From Anaerolineaceae bacterium (GTDB lineage: Bacteria; Chloroflexota; Anaerolineae; Anaerolineales; Anaerolineaceae): DNA of 26,050 nt. The notes beneath the pieces are model-generated. The model saw nothing but the letters and a program-made list of their open reading frames with translations, was not told where the DNA came from and did no database searches. How positions within the stretch are numbered: the first letter of the stretch is position 1; the number at the start of each line of letters is the position of its first letter. The DNA lies in assembly GCA_030620065.1 (NCBI GenBank), contig JAUXFJ010000001.1, positions 1 to 26,050 of the forward strand. Direction: 5' to 3'. Positions 1-8,091 of this stretch are shown here, in pieces. Made by a program: the position numbers and the translations under genes.

Positions 1-520
1 AATCTAAAAGGTCTGGCACAGTCAGGAATAGTGTCGGAACCCCCAAACTGACCGCCTGGTTGGCAATCGCAGCTGCCAAATGAGTCTTTCCGCAGCCGTA
101 ACGCCCCATTAGCAGCAGCCAGCCTTTGAGCGAACCCGCAAAATTCTGCGCATGATTGAAAGCTTGTTCAAGTGAATCGGCTTGCTGTTTTCCCAGGCCG
201 ACCCGTCCCCTCGGTTCAAATGATTCAAAAGTCAGCCCTTTAAGCGCTGCCAGATTACTTAACCGGTAGAGCTTGCTACGTACGGATTGAGTTACTTCAT
301 GCTGCCGACAAGTGCAAATCTCCACTTTCCCAAAATCAGGATTACCAACATCCAAATCTCGGCGGATAAAACCCACCCCCTTGCAAATCGGGCAATTGGG
401 ATCACCGGGCATATGAAATTTGGATGACTTCCCTTCAGCAACGGATTTAGCCCCTTTTTTCGAGCCATCTTTCCCAGTACGTTTTGCCATCTCTTTTAGC
501 GTTTTGTCGATCTTTTCCAT
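1..520 (-). CDS. DnaC/DnaI/IstB-like AAA+ ATPase (putative helicase loader), 3' end truncated by the window edge
   Basis: Not in the ORF track. Manual translation from ATG 520 gives MEKIDKTLKEMAKRTGKDGSKKGAKSVAEGKSSKFHMPGDPNCPICKGVGFIRRDLDVGNPDFGKVEICTCRQHE...LTFESF...GWLLLMGRYGCGKTHLAAAIANQAVSLGVPTLFLTVPDLLD. It has an N-terminal CxxC...CxC Zn motif, the TFESF motif and Walker A GRYGCGKT. SD-like AAGGA lies upstream of ATG 520. ATG 490 and ATG 412 are alternative starts. Confidence 0.9.
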   Translation of the reverse strand, partial: MEKIDKTLKEMAKRTGKDGSKKGAKSVAEGKSSKFHMPGDPNCPICKGVGFIRRDLDVGNPDFGKVEICTCRQHEVTQSVRSKLYRLSNLAALKGLTFESFEPRGRVGLGKQQADSLEQAFNHAQNFAGSLKGWLLLMGRYGCGKTHLAAAIANQAVSLGVPTLFLTVPDLLD

Positions 521-1142
521 CGCGTCCTTCTTTCTGCCAAGATTCTAAGATTGCCTGTACATACTTCCAATTGCGGGCATTTCGTTGCACTGCAATCTGA
601 ATTGCTTCCATAATCCACAGGCTGGGATAACGCGCCTCATCTTCCTTGAGAATTTCCGCCATCATGGGCGTAATCGCTCCGATATTTTCCTCATAAAGTT
701 TGTAAATATTCGGTTTCATTTTTCCAAGAGAGATGCCTTTCCTTGGAGAGTCATTAAAACTAAATTTGCCCTGTCCAATCGCTTCTACTGCAGCTCTACC
801 TTGCGGAGAATTTAAGAAATAATATGTTCCTGTTGCAGTGCTTCGGGTAGTAATATCCACTTTGAGCAGCGTACCACGCTTAACAGCCTTTTTTAACGCC
901 TCTGCTACGTTTGTGGGGCCGTCCAACATCCGCATGAGGGCTTCATCTTCAGCGAAATCAACCGAACGGATATAGCTGCTTTTATCCTCAAGCTGGGAAA
1001 GGAACCAAAAAATATACATCGTGATCTTCAACTCAAGCAGGTCATCGATTACCGGTAACAAGTCTTTGAAAAAAGCATCAGGGAATCCAACTTGCAGATT
1101 CTCTCCTTCTGCAAAACCTTTAAAAGCTGCCGATTCAAACAT
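447..1142 (-). CDS. DnaD/DnaB_2-domain replication protein (N-terminal winged-helix-like region, C-terminal DnaD domain)
   Basis: The C-terminal part has the DnaD-domain signature (IYKLYEENIGAITP...WIMEAIQIAVQRNARNWKYVQAILESWQKEG). The gene lies between dnaB and the DnaC-like ATPase. Confidence 0.88.
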   Translation of the reverse strand: MFESAAFKGFAEGENLQVGFPDAFFKDLLPVIDDLLELKITMYIFWFLSQLEDKSSYIRSVDFAEDEALMRMLDGPTNVAEALKKAVKRGTLLKVDITTRSTATGTYYFLNSPQGRAAVEAIGQGKFSFNDSPRKGISLGKMKPNIYKLYEENIGAITPMMAEILKEDEARYPSLWIMEAIQIAVQRNARNWKYVQAILESWQKEGRDGKDRQNAKRDGKTYWERWLEKRG

Positions 1143-1165
1143 GATGGTTCATCTCATCCAACCCA

Positions 1166-2536
1166 TTAATGTTGTTCAGATTGTGTCGCTGCATTCTTGA
1201 ATAGTGCAAGATGTTTTATGAACACCAGAGATATACCACCATGCGTGGGACCATTACGGTGTTCTGCCACAACGAGCTGTGCAATATCCTGGCGTGGATT
1301 GCTCTCATCAAGCGCATCAGGTCGATTGATGAACATCACAACGTCTGCATCCTGCTCCAGACTGCCGGATTCGCGCAGATCTGAAAGCATAGGCTGTTTG
1401 TCAGTGCGGTGCTCCACAGCACGCGAAAGCTGGGCAGCAGCTAAGACCGGCACATTTAATTCACGTGCCAAAGCCTTAAAGTTACGTGAAATATTCGAAA
1501 CCTCTTGCACCCGGTTATCTGTACGAAAATCACCGCTCATCAACTGCAAATAATCCACGATCACCAAATCCAGACCCACTTCCATATGCAAGCGGCGGCA
1601 TTTCGTGCGCAGTTGCAGGGGCGTGATCGCAGGTGTATCGTCAAGATAGATAGTTGTATTGCTTAATGCATCCATTGCGGCCATTAAGAGTGACAATTCA
1701 TCATCATCCAGCTCGCCTGTACGCAGTTTTTTGGAATTAATGCCTGTTTCTTGTGCGAGGAGACGTTGGACAAGTTGTTCATTAGACATTTCTAAAGAGA
1801 ACATTGCCACATGCTTTTTATGCACCATCGCTGCATGCTTCATTGCACCAATTAAAAAACCGGTTTTACCCATACCAGGTCTTCCAGCAACGATTAAAAA
1901 GTCGGACTTTTGCAGACCCCCTAACAATTTATCCACGTCAATCAAGCCCGTCGGGACGCCATAAATTTCATCCGAGCGTTGCGCAAGAGAATCAATCCTT
2001 TCATAATATTCCCCCAATACCTTGCTGATGGGCAACAAATCACCCCGTGTACGTCTTTCGTTTACATTGAATATGGCTTTCTCAGCCTCATCAACTACCG
2101 TGTCAATGCTCTGGTCCTGCCGATAAGCGAGTTTTGCAATATCATTAGCTGCTGCAAGCATGCGTCTGCGCGTGGCATTATCATTAACTATGCGTCCATA
2201 AGCTTCCGCATGCAAAGAGGAAGGCACCTGATTGGCAAGACCCATCAGGTATGGCATTCCACCAGCCTCTTCCAGATGACCATTGCTTGCAAGCACTTCA
2301 CTTATCGTGACCAAGTCAACCGGGGTACGAGTTTCATTAAGCTGCCTGAAGGCTTCCCATATCCATTTGTTGCGCATTATATAAAAATCTTCTGGATCCA
2401 GGAATGAGGCAACCTCCAAAAACACCTCCGGGTTGATCAAAACAGAACCAATCAGGGCTTCTTCAGCCTCACGGTTACTGGGGATAGATAAAACCCCACT
2501 GGTTAATTTATCTTGACTGAAATCTTGGTTGCTCAT
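1166..2536 (-). CDS. dnaB: Replicative DNA helicase DnaB
   Basis: N-terminal PSNREAEEALIGSVL, Walker A AGRPGMGKT, FSLEMS, VIVDYLQLM, QLSRAVEHRTDKQPMLSDLRESGSLEQDADVV. There is no intein. The H4 motif reads AEHRNGPT (see findings). Confidence 0.98.
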   Translation of the reverse strand: MSNQDFSQDKLTSGVLSIPSNREAEEALIGSVLINPEVFLEVASFLDPEDFYIMRNKWIWEAFRQLNETRTPVDLVTISEVLASNGHLEEAGGMPYLMGLANQVPSSLHAEAYGRIVNDNATRRRMLAAANDIAKLAYRQDQSIDTVVDEAEKAIFNVNERRTRGDLLPISKVLGEYYERIDSLAQRSDEIYGVPTGLIDVDKLLGGLQKSDFLIVAGRPGMGKTGFLIGAMKHAAMVHKKHVAMFSLEMSNEQLVQRLLAQETGINSKKLRTGELDDDELSLLMAAMDALSNTTIYLDDTPAITPLQLRTKCRRLHMEVGLDLVIVDYLQLMSGDFRTDNRVQEVSNISRNFKALARELNVPVLAAAQLSRAVEHRTDKQPMLSDLRESGSLEQDADVVMFINRPDALDESNPRQDIAQLVVAEHRNGPTHGGISLVFIKHLALFKNAATQSEQH

Positions 2537-2666
2537 CGTTATTAATACCTTAGGTTTCTTGTTCTACTAACCATCTTAGAATTTAATTCGGATCGTTCTG
2601 TAAATCTCCAAACTGGTCAATCACTATTACTGTCTTAAGCTAAAGGCTTCCACTATAGGCACAGAA

Positions 2667-3221
2667 TCAAACGGGATTCTCCGCTTCCGGCTCATCTACC
2701 CCAGGTTCGTCTCCCTCCCCGAGGTCAGTATCCAGATTTTCCAGAAAGTCTTCAAATACTGTTAAGTCTTCGCTTTCAGTATCAATCTCACCTTCCATCT
2801 CGCTGGCATCCTCTTCGGGTTCAATACCCGCCGCGGCAAGAACCTCTTCCTCAACAAGAATAGGAACCGAGCTACGCGCGGCCAAAGCCAATGCATCAGA
2901 TGGCCGGCAGTCAATATCCTTCCGTTGACCATTCTGATCAACCACCAGGCTGGCATAAAACACATCGTCCCGCAGTGCAGTGATCTCAACCTGCAACAAG
3001 CGCCCCTCCATAGTTTGCATCATCAAACGTAATAGATCATGTGTTTGCGGGCGTGCAACTTCGATTTTTTGCAGTGCTATCGTTATAGCTTCTGCTTCAT
3101 ACAGACCTATCCAAATAGGCAAATATCGCTCGGCGTCTCTCTCCCGTAGCACAACCACCCGCTGCTGATTGGTTAAACTGACCCGTACGCTGTCAATTAC
3201 ACAGGTGATCATTTTTGACAT
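2667..3221 (-). CDS. Bifunctional nuclease (BFN/DUF151) family protein with an acidic C-terminal tail
   Basis: Family motifs VVVLRE...RYLPIWIG..EAEAI, RPQTHDL, VEITALRDDVFYA and DCRPSDALALA. Confidence 0.93.
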   Translation of the reverse strand: MSKMITCVIDSVRVSLTNQQRVVVLRERDAERYLPIWIGLYEAEAITIALQKIEVARPQTHDLLRLMMQTMEGRLLQVEITALRDDVFYASLVVDQNGQRKDIDCRPSDALALAARSSVPILVEEEVLAAAGIEPEEDASEMEGEIDTESEDLTVFEDFLENLDTDLGEGDEPGVDEPEAENPV

Positions 3222-3268
3222 AAACAGCTCCCATTAGCAACCTCAAACCCGGCTGGCCGGGTGACTTG

Positions 3269-3297
3269 ATTCTAACATGGCAAATGCTTAGTTGCAA
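3269..3297 (-). promoter_or_regulatory. Sigma70-type promoter for bfn (possibly for bfn-dnaB-dnaD-dnaC)
   Basis: Minus strand TTGCAA (3297-3292), a 17-nt spacer, then TG-T-TAGAAT (extended -10, 3274-3269). The predicted start near 3262 coincides with a 6-bp GC hairpin, ACCCGG-4nt-CCGGGT (3247-3262). Confidence 0.7.
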
Positions 3298-3489
3298 CCA
3301 GTTAGCCTTAAAATCCTTCGGCTTTTAACTTTCAAGACCGATAAAAACATCTTAGCATAACCAGGCTTTTATAATTAGAAACATTTTCAATTGTCAACTC
3401 TATCAACTGATGCATCATATCCCACACAATTATAAGTTTATTCTCATGGTTTGACCACAATTAAAATACGTGTTTTGAATATTTTAGTG

Positions 3490-3495
3490 TATAAT
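3490..3495 (+). promoter_or_regulatory. Candidate -10 box for the response-regulator gene
   Basis: Perfect TATAAT about 60 nt upstream of the TTG start. No recognisable -35 at 16-18 nt. Confidence 0.4.
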
Positions 3496-3557
3496 CGAAA
3501 AAACAGTCATACATTGATCCTAACAAGTAAAGCATCTACATTCTGAAGGGCATAATC

Positions 3558-4226
3558 TTGAACGACGATAATTACATTCGAGTTCTTTTGATTGAAGGCA
3601 AAAGGGGCAACCGCCCCCTTTTTGCTCAAGAACTTGAGAAAAAAGATTATGAAATAATACAAGCTGAAAATGGTAGCGCGGGTCTTACTATAATCAAAAA
3701 AGTTAAACCAAATATTGTTGTGATTAACGCCGCTTCCTTACGCACCAGCGGCATACGTATTTGCAGCGCTTTCCGAAACCAGTTAAAAAATATTCCCATA
3801 ATCCTTATAGTCGCTGAGGGCACTAAGCTTCCCGACAATGTAGACGCCAGTGTTATTTTAACCCTACCCTTCACAATCCAAAAATTAATCAATCGAATCC
3901 GTATCTACCATCCTGCCGAAGATAAACATATCCTGCAAGTAGGTCCTGTAAAATTGAACAAAAAAACGCATTTTGTATGCTGCAATGGCCACGAAACGCA
4001 GCTAACGCCACGCCTTTCATCCCTGCTGAAACACTTAATGGCCAAGCCGGGTAAGATTATAGAGCGTGAGACTCTTTTTAAAAAAGTCTGGGAAACAGAA
4101 TACGTTGGCGACACACGCACATTAGATGTCCATATCAGCTGGCTGCGCCGGGCTATCGAAGAAGACCCCCGCAAACCTAAATTAATCCGCACCGAGCGCG
4201 GCGTCGGTTACAAGCTAGACATTTAA
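3558..4226 (+). CDS. OmpR/PhoB-family winged-helix transcriptional regulator with an atypical (pseudo-)receiver domain
   Basis: C-terminal LTPRLSSLLKHLM..PGKIIERETLFKKVW...DTRTLDVHISWLRRAIEEDP..PKLIRTERGVGY is a clear OmpR effector domain. TTG start has AAGGG 7 nt upstream. The receiver lacks its catalytic residues. Confidence 0.92.
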   Translation: MNDDNYIRVLLIEGKRGNRPLFAQELEKKDYEIIQAENGSAGLTIIKKVKPNIVVINAASLRTSGIRICSAFRNQLKNIPIILIVAEGTKLPDNVDASVILTLPFTIQKLINRIRIYHPAEDKHILQVGPVKLNKKTHFVCCNGHETQLTPRLSSLLKHLMAKPGKIIERETLFKKVWETEYVGDTRTLDVHISWLRRAIEEDPRKPKLIRTERGVGYKLDI

Positions 4227-4237
4227 CGAAAACTCTC

Positions 4238-4271
4238 GGAGCAAGACACATACATATTGTCTCCTTGCTCC
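4238..4271 (-). terminator. Hairpin between the convergent regulator and mmdB genes; probable intrinsic terminator of the mmd operon
   Basis: GGAGCAAG (4238-4245) pairs with CTTGCTCC (4264-4271), with further inner pairing (ACA/TGT). On the minus strand it is followed by GAGAGTTTT. Confidence 0.6.
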
Positions 4272-4298
4272 AAATATAAGCTAAGAATCAATTCCCCC

Positions 4299-5417
4299 CT
4301 AAACTAAACCGGATACCAAAGCAAGCAATAAACCACCGGCGATAACACTTCCCAGCTGTCCGGCCGTGTTGGCTCCCATGGCATGCATCAGGATGAAATT
4401 CTCAAAATCTTCATCCTGCGCCATCTTCGCTGAAAGACGCCCAGCCATAGGAAATGCACTGATGCCGCATGCACCTATCAAAGGATTGACCTTATTACGA
4501 GTCACAACCGCCATAAGCTTGCCAAATAAGAGTCCCGCCACAGTATCGATCACAAAAGCCGCTAAACCAAGCGCCAGGATCTTTAAGGTTTCAAGGTTTA
4601 AGAAACTCTGCGCTGTCATTGTCGCACCGATCGCCAACCCCAAGAATAGTGTAGTAATATTGATGATCTCATTTTGCGCCGCTTTGTTCAAACGGTCAAC
4701 TACCAGGCTCTCCCTCAGCAAGTTGCCCAACATAAGCGCGGCGATAAGCGGTGCAGCATCCGGTGCTATCAGGCTGACAATGACCGTTACAAAAATTGGA
4801 AAGATTACCAACGTCAAACGCGAGACTGGTCGCGGTGAATATTCCATGCGGATGAGACGTTCTTTACGCGTGGTAAGGAGTTTCATGATCGGTGGTTGGA
4901 TAATGGGAATAAGACTCATATAAGAATAAGCCGCCACAGCAATCGGTGCCAGTATTTCAGGCGCAAGTTTACTGCCCACAAAGATTGCCGTCGGCCCATC
5001 AATCGCGCCTATCACGCCAATTGAAGCAGCTTGGTTTAAGGGGAAACCTAACCAGAGTGCCAGCAGTAAAGTCCCGTAAATACCAAATTGTCCTGCCGCA
5101 CCCAACAGCACCATACTTGGTTGTGACAGCAAGGGGCTAAAATCAATCATCGCTCCAACACCGACAAAGATCAGCAATGGGAATATCTCCGTTTTGATAC
5201 CCGCATCATATATGACTTTCATAAATCCAGTATCGGCAGACATACCAAGATTCGCCATAACACAGCCAAAGCCAATTGGTAGCAACAAAACCGGCTCATA
5301 CTCTTTAAACACTGCCAATGCGATCAATACCAGACCGACGGCGATCATAAACGCACTTCCCCAGGTAAAGCTCGTAAAACCTTTGGTAAGTTCGTTAATT
5401 AAGTATGTAAAATCCAT
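4299..5417 (-). CDS. mmdB: Na+-translocating decarboxylase beta subunit (OadB/GcdB/MmdB family)
   Basis: Very hydrophobic protein with EPVLLLPIGFG, EIFPLLIFVGVGAMIDFSPL, IGAIDGPT, YSYMSLIPIIQPPIM, SAFPMAGR and HAMGANTAGQLGS. The mmd assignment follows from the neighbouring carboxyltransferase. Confidence 0.93.
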   Translation of the reverse strand: MDFTYLINELTKGFTSFTWGSAFMIAVGLVLIALAVFKEYEPVLLLPIGFGCVMANLGMSADTGFMKVIYDAGIKTEIFPLLIFVGVGAMIDFSPLLSQPSMVLLGAAGQFGIYGTLLLALWLGFPLNQAASIGVIGAIDGPTAIFVGSKLAPEILAPIAVAAYSYMSLIPIIQPPIMKLLTTRKERLIRMEYSPRPVSRLTLVIFPIFVTVIVSLIAPDAAPLIAALMLGNLLRESLVVDRLNKAAQNEIINITTLFLGLAIGATMTAQSFLNLETLKILALGLAAFVIDTVAGLLFGKLMAVVTRNKVNPLIGACGISAFPMAGRLSAKMAQDEDFENFILMHAMGANTAGQLGSVIAGGLLLALVSGLV

Positions 5418-5432
5418 TGGTTTCTAGCTCCA

Positions 5433-5870
5433 CTATGCTTCAAAAGTGAACAATGTCTGGTCATGTTGAACCTGATCGCCGACTGAAATGAGAATCTCCT
5501 TGATCACACCATCGTGGGTTGAACGGATGACATTTTTCATTTTCATCGCTTCCAGCGTACACAGCTCTTGACCATGCTTGACTGACTCGCCAGGTTTAAC
5601 TTCAATCGATACGATTACGCCTGGCAACGGTGCCTTGATCACATTGCTAGCCTTTCGACCAATTTCACTTGCAGCCACAGGTACTGCACCAGAGGAGCTC
5701 TCTGGGGCTTGAGCAGCCTGCGTAGGATCAGCAGATATCTTTGCTTTCTCGCTTTCGTTTGGCCAAACTTCAAAACGTTCACCATCCACAATGGCAATTA
5801 TCGGTCGTGCGTGAATATCGTTAATTTCAACATAAAAATCTTGTTTATCAATCTGAACCTGGATTTTCAT
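5433..5870 (-). CDS. mmdC: Biotin carboxyl carrier subunit of the decarboxylase
   Basis: Biotinylation motif LEAMKM, APLPG, and an Ala/Pro/Ser-rich linker. The start overlaps the upstream stop (TAATG at 5868-5872). Confidence 0.93.
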   Translation of the reverse strand: MKIQVQIDKQDFYVEINDIHARPIIAIVDGERFEVWPNESEKAKISADPTQAAQAPESSSGAVPVAASEIGRKASNVIKAPLPGVIVSIEVKPGESVKHGQELCTLEAMKMKNVIRSTHDGVIKEILISVGDQVQHDQTLFTFEA

Positions 5871-6232
5871 TAACGTCGCCCTCGTATTATCTGATTCTGA
5901 AGCTGCCTGGCGCGAGTTACAGCTTGCCAGGCGTTAATTTCAGTATTTTGCTCATTTATTTGGGGACCAGATTGCGCATCTTGTATCAAACCCAGTCCAA
6001 TTGCCACCGCGGCTGCAGCAGCTTTCTTTTTAAGATCATTCTGGTCTTCTTGCAAGAACACCATTTCTGTCAGCAAATCCGATTCAGCCTCACTCTCAAG
6101 TTTAGTTTTTTTTTCTCTGGAAGTTAGTTTCATCAATAATGCCATTAAACCCCACAGAATAATGATCACAGCAAAAACCAATCCCATACCTATACCTGTA
6201 ATCAACCAACCGGTTTGCATTAGTTCACGCAT
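5870..6232 (-). CDS. mmdD: OadG/MmdD-family membrane-anchor subunit
   Basis: N-terminal TM helix GMGLVFAVIIILWGLM, an AAAAAVA helix and a C-terminal W..(R)ARQL motif, in the expected operon position. Confidence 0.85.
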   Translation of the reverse strand: MRELMQTGWLITGIGMGLVFAVIIILWGLMALLMKLTSREKKTKLESEAESDLLTEMVFLQEDQNDLKKKAAAAAVAIGLGLIQDAQSGPQINEQNTEINAWQAVTRARQLQNQIIRGRR

Positions 6233-6250
6233 AATCCAATTGCTCCTTTA

Positions 6251-7795
6251 TTAAACCGGCATATTTCCGTGTTTGCGTGCCGTAGTGGGCATATATTTAT
6301 CTTTGATAGCATACAAAGCGTCTATCAACCTGGCTCTTGTGTCAGCAGGTTCAATCACATCATCAATATAACCCGCATTGGCCGCCGCATAGGGGGTCAG
6401 GTACCGTTCAATGTATTCCGCTTCCAAGCGTGCTCTTTCAACTGTAGGATCATCAGCCTGGCTTATTTGCTTACGATAAAGGATATTCGTTGCCCCTTTC
6501 GCACCCATCACTGCGATCTCTGCACTCGGCCAGGCATAAGTGATGTCAGTACCCAGATACTTGCTGCTCATCACTACATAAGCACCCCCATAAGCTTTAC
6601 GGGTAACAACACTTATCTTTGGGACAGTTGCCTCAGAGTAGGCAAATAAGACCTTCGCTCCATGGCGAATGATCCCGCGGTGTTCTTGTTCTACACCAGG
6701 CAAAAAGCCCGGAGAATCCACAAAAGTGATCAAAGGCAAGTTGAAAGCATCACAGAAGCGCACCATCCGGCAGATCTTATCGGCCGCGTCAATATCGATC
6801 ACACCTGCCATAACATCCGGCTCTTGAGCTATCACACCAACGGACATGCCGTCCAAACGCGCTAAACCTACGATCGCATTACGTGCAAAGCCAGTCTGCA
6901 ACTCCAAGAATGTACCTTTATCAACGATTTGTTCAATCGCGACATGCATGCTGTAAGGCATACTAGAATCAGTCGGTACAAGCTTATTAAGCGATACAGT
7001 TCTGCGATTGGCATCATCACCATTCTTCAAAACTGGTGGATTATCAACATTATTGGAAGGGAGGTAGCTCAAAACTGAGCGGCAGAGCTGGATTGCTCCT
7101 TCCTCATTTGAAGCAGTCAAATGAGCGGTTCCACTTATGGAAAGATGTACATCTGCCCCACCCAGAGATTCAAAGTCCACTTCCTCTCCAGTAACAGTTT
7201 TGATGACCTGCGGACCAGTCAAAAACATGAACGACTGCTTCTCAACCATAATAACCACATCTGTCAACGCAGGTGAATATGCCGCCCCACCAGCACAGGG
7301 ACCCATGATCAGGCTGATTTGAGGAACAACGCCGGAATACTGGGCGTTACGGCGGAAAATCTCTGCATACCCGCCAAGGCTCTTTACACCCTCCTGGATA
7401 CGCGCCCCGCCCGAATCAATCATGCCAACAACCGGGCTACCAGTACGCACAGCGAGATCCATCACTCGGCAGATTTTTCGACTGTGCATTTCTCCTAACG
7501 AGCCACCATGCACAGTGAAATCCTGAGCATACACATAAATCATGCGTCCATCAACCTTGCCATATCCGGTGACAACACCATCGCCGAGGACAGATTTCTT
7601 ATCAGGATCATGCTGCTGCACAACGAAGGGTTCCAATTCGCGAAAGCTTCCCTCATCTAGCAGCAATGCTAAGCGCTCACGAGCAGTCAAACTGCCTTTA
7701 GCGTGCTGACGTTCAATCCGCTCGGGACCGCCGCCTTGTTGAGCAGTATCTCGCATCTTCTTCAAATTTTCATTTCGGGAATCAACTTGTGCCAT
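6251..7795 (-). CDS. mmdA: Acyl-CoA carboxyltransferase, methylmalonyl-CoA decarboxylase alpha subunit (PccB/MmdA family), 514 aa
   Basis: GGGPERIERQHAKG.LTARER, QDFTVHGGSLG, DSGGARIQEG, GPCAGGAAYSPALTD, RKAYGGAY, AWPSAEIAVMG, RKHGNMP. The start is moved to ATG 7795 because GAGGAG lies just upstream of it (inside the longer ORF). Confidence 0.93.
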   Translation of the reverse strand: MAQVDSRNENLKKMRDTAQQGGGPERIERQHAKGSLTARERLALLLDEGSFRELEPFVVQQHDPDKKSVLGDGVVTGYGKVDGRMIYVYAQDFTVHGGSLGEMHSRKICRVMDLAVRTGSPVVGMIDSGGARIQEGVKSLGGYAEIFRRNAQYSGVVPQISLIMGPCAGGAAYSPALTDVVIMVEKQSFMFLTGPQVIKTVTGEEVDFESLGGADVHLSISGTAHLTASNEEGAIQLCRSVLSYLPSNNVDNPPVLKNGDDANRRTVSLNKLVPTDSSMPYSMHVAIEQIVDKGTFLELQTGFARNAIVGLARLDGMSVGVIAQEPDVMAGVIDIDAADKICRMVRFCDAFNLPLITFVDSPGFLPGVEQEHRGIIRHGAKVLFAYSEATVPKISVVTRKAYGGAYVVMSSKYLGTDITYAWPSAEIAVMGAKGATNILYRKQISQADDPTVERARLEAEYIERYLTPYAAANAGYIDDVIEPADTRARLIDALYAIKDKYMPTTARKHGNMPV

Positions 7796-7895
7796 AAAAC
7801 TCCTCTGAGCCATGAAATTTTACAAGTAAAGAGCATTTAAAAGGTATCATAATCTATTCAGGCGAGTAGATTGATTTGAACACCATTAAGTTTCA

Positions 7896-7904
7896 ATTGT
7901 AACA
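7896..7904 (-). promoter_or_regulatory. Candidate extended -10 element for the mmd operon
   Basis: Minus strand TG-T-TACAAT about 100 nt upstream of the start. No canonical -35 at 17 nt. Confidence 0.35.
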
Positions 7905-8091
7905 TTAATCAGGCAATTGATGCCGTCAAGTTAACCCTGCTCAAGTACAAGCACGATACAAAAAGAGTCCCCCGTTGCAGATATTATTGGTCTTCACATT
8001 TTATGAAATTGAATGACCATCAGCCTTAAACAGCTATCAATCCCTCCGCTCAGTCATTACATCGTTCTCACATGGTGCGAAACACTATAAA

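Noticed and set aside
450-465. Classic -1 frameshift heptamer A_AAA_AAG at the dnaD end
   Set aside because: The heptamer is in frame with neither gene, and a -1 shift from dnaD would not enter the loader frame.
1-1142. Prophage or IS21 (istB) origin for the DnaD and DnaC-like genes
   Set aside because: No integrase, IstA transposase, terminal repeats or phage genes, and the pair is directly coupled to a housekeeping-type dnaB.
6106-6114. T9 (A9 on the coding strand) tract in mmdD as a phase-variation site
   Set aside because: The frame is intact and the run is explained by Glu-Lys-Lys-Thr codons. There is no evidence of variation without reads.
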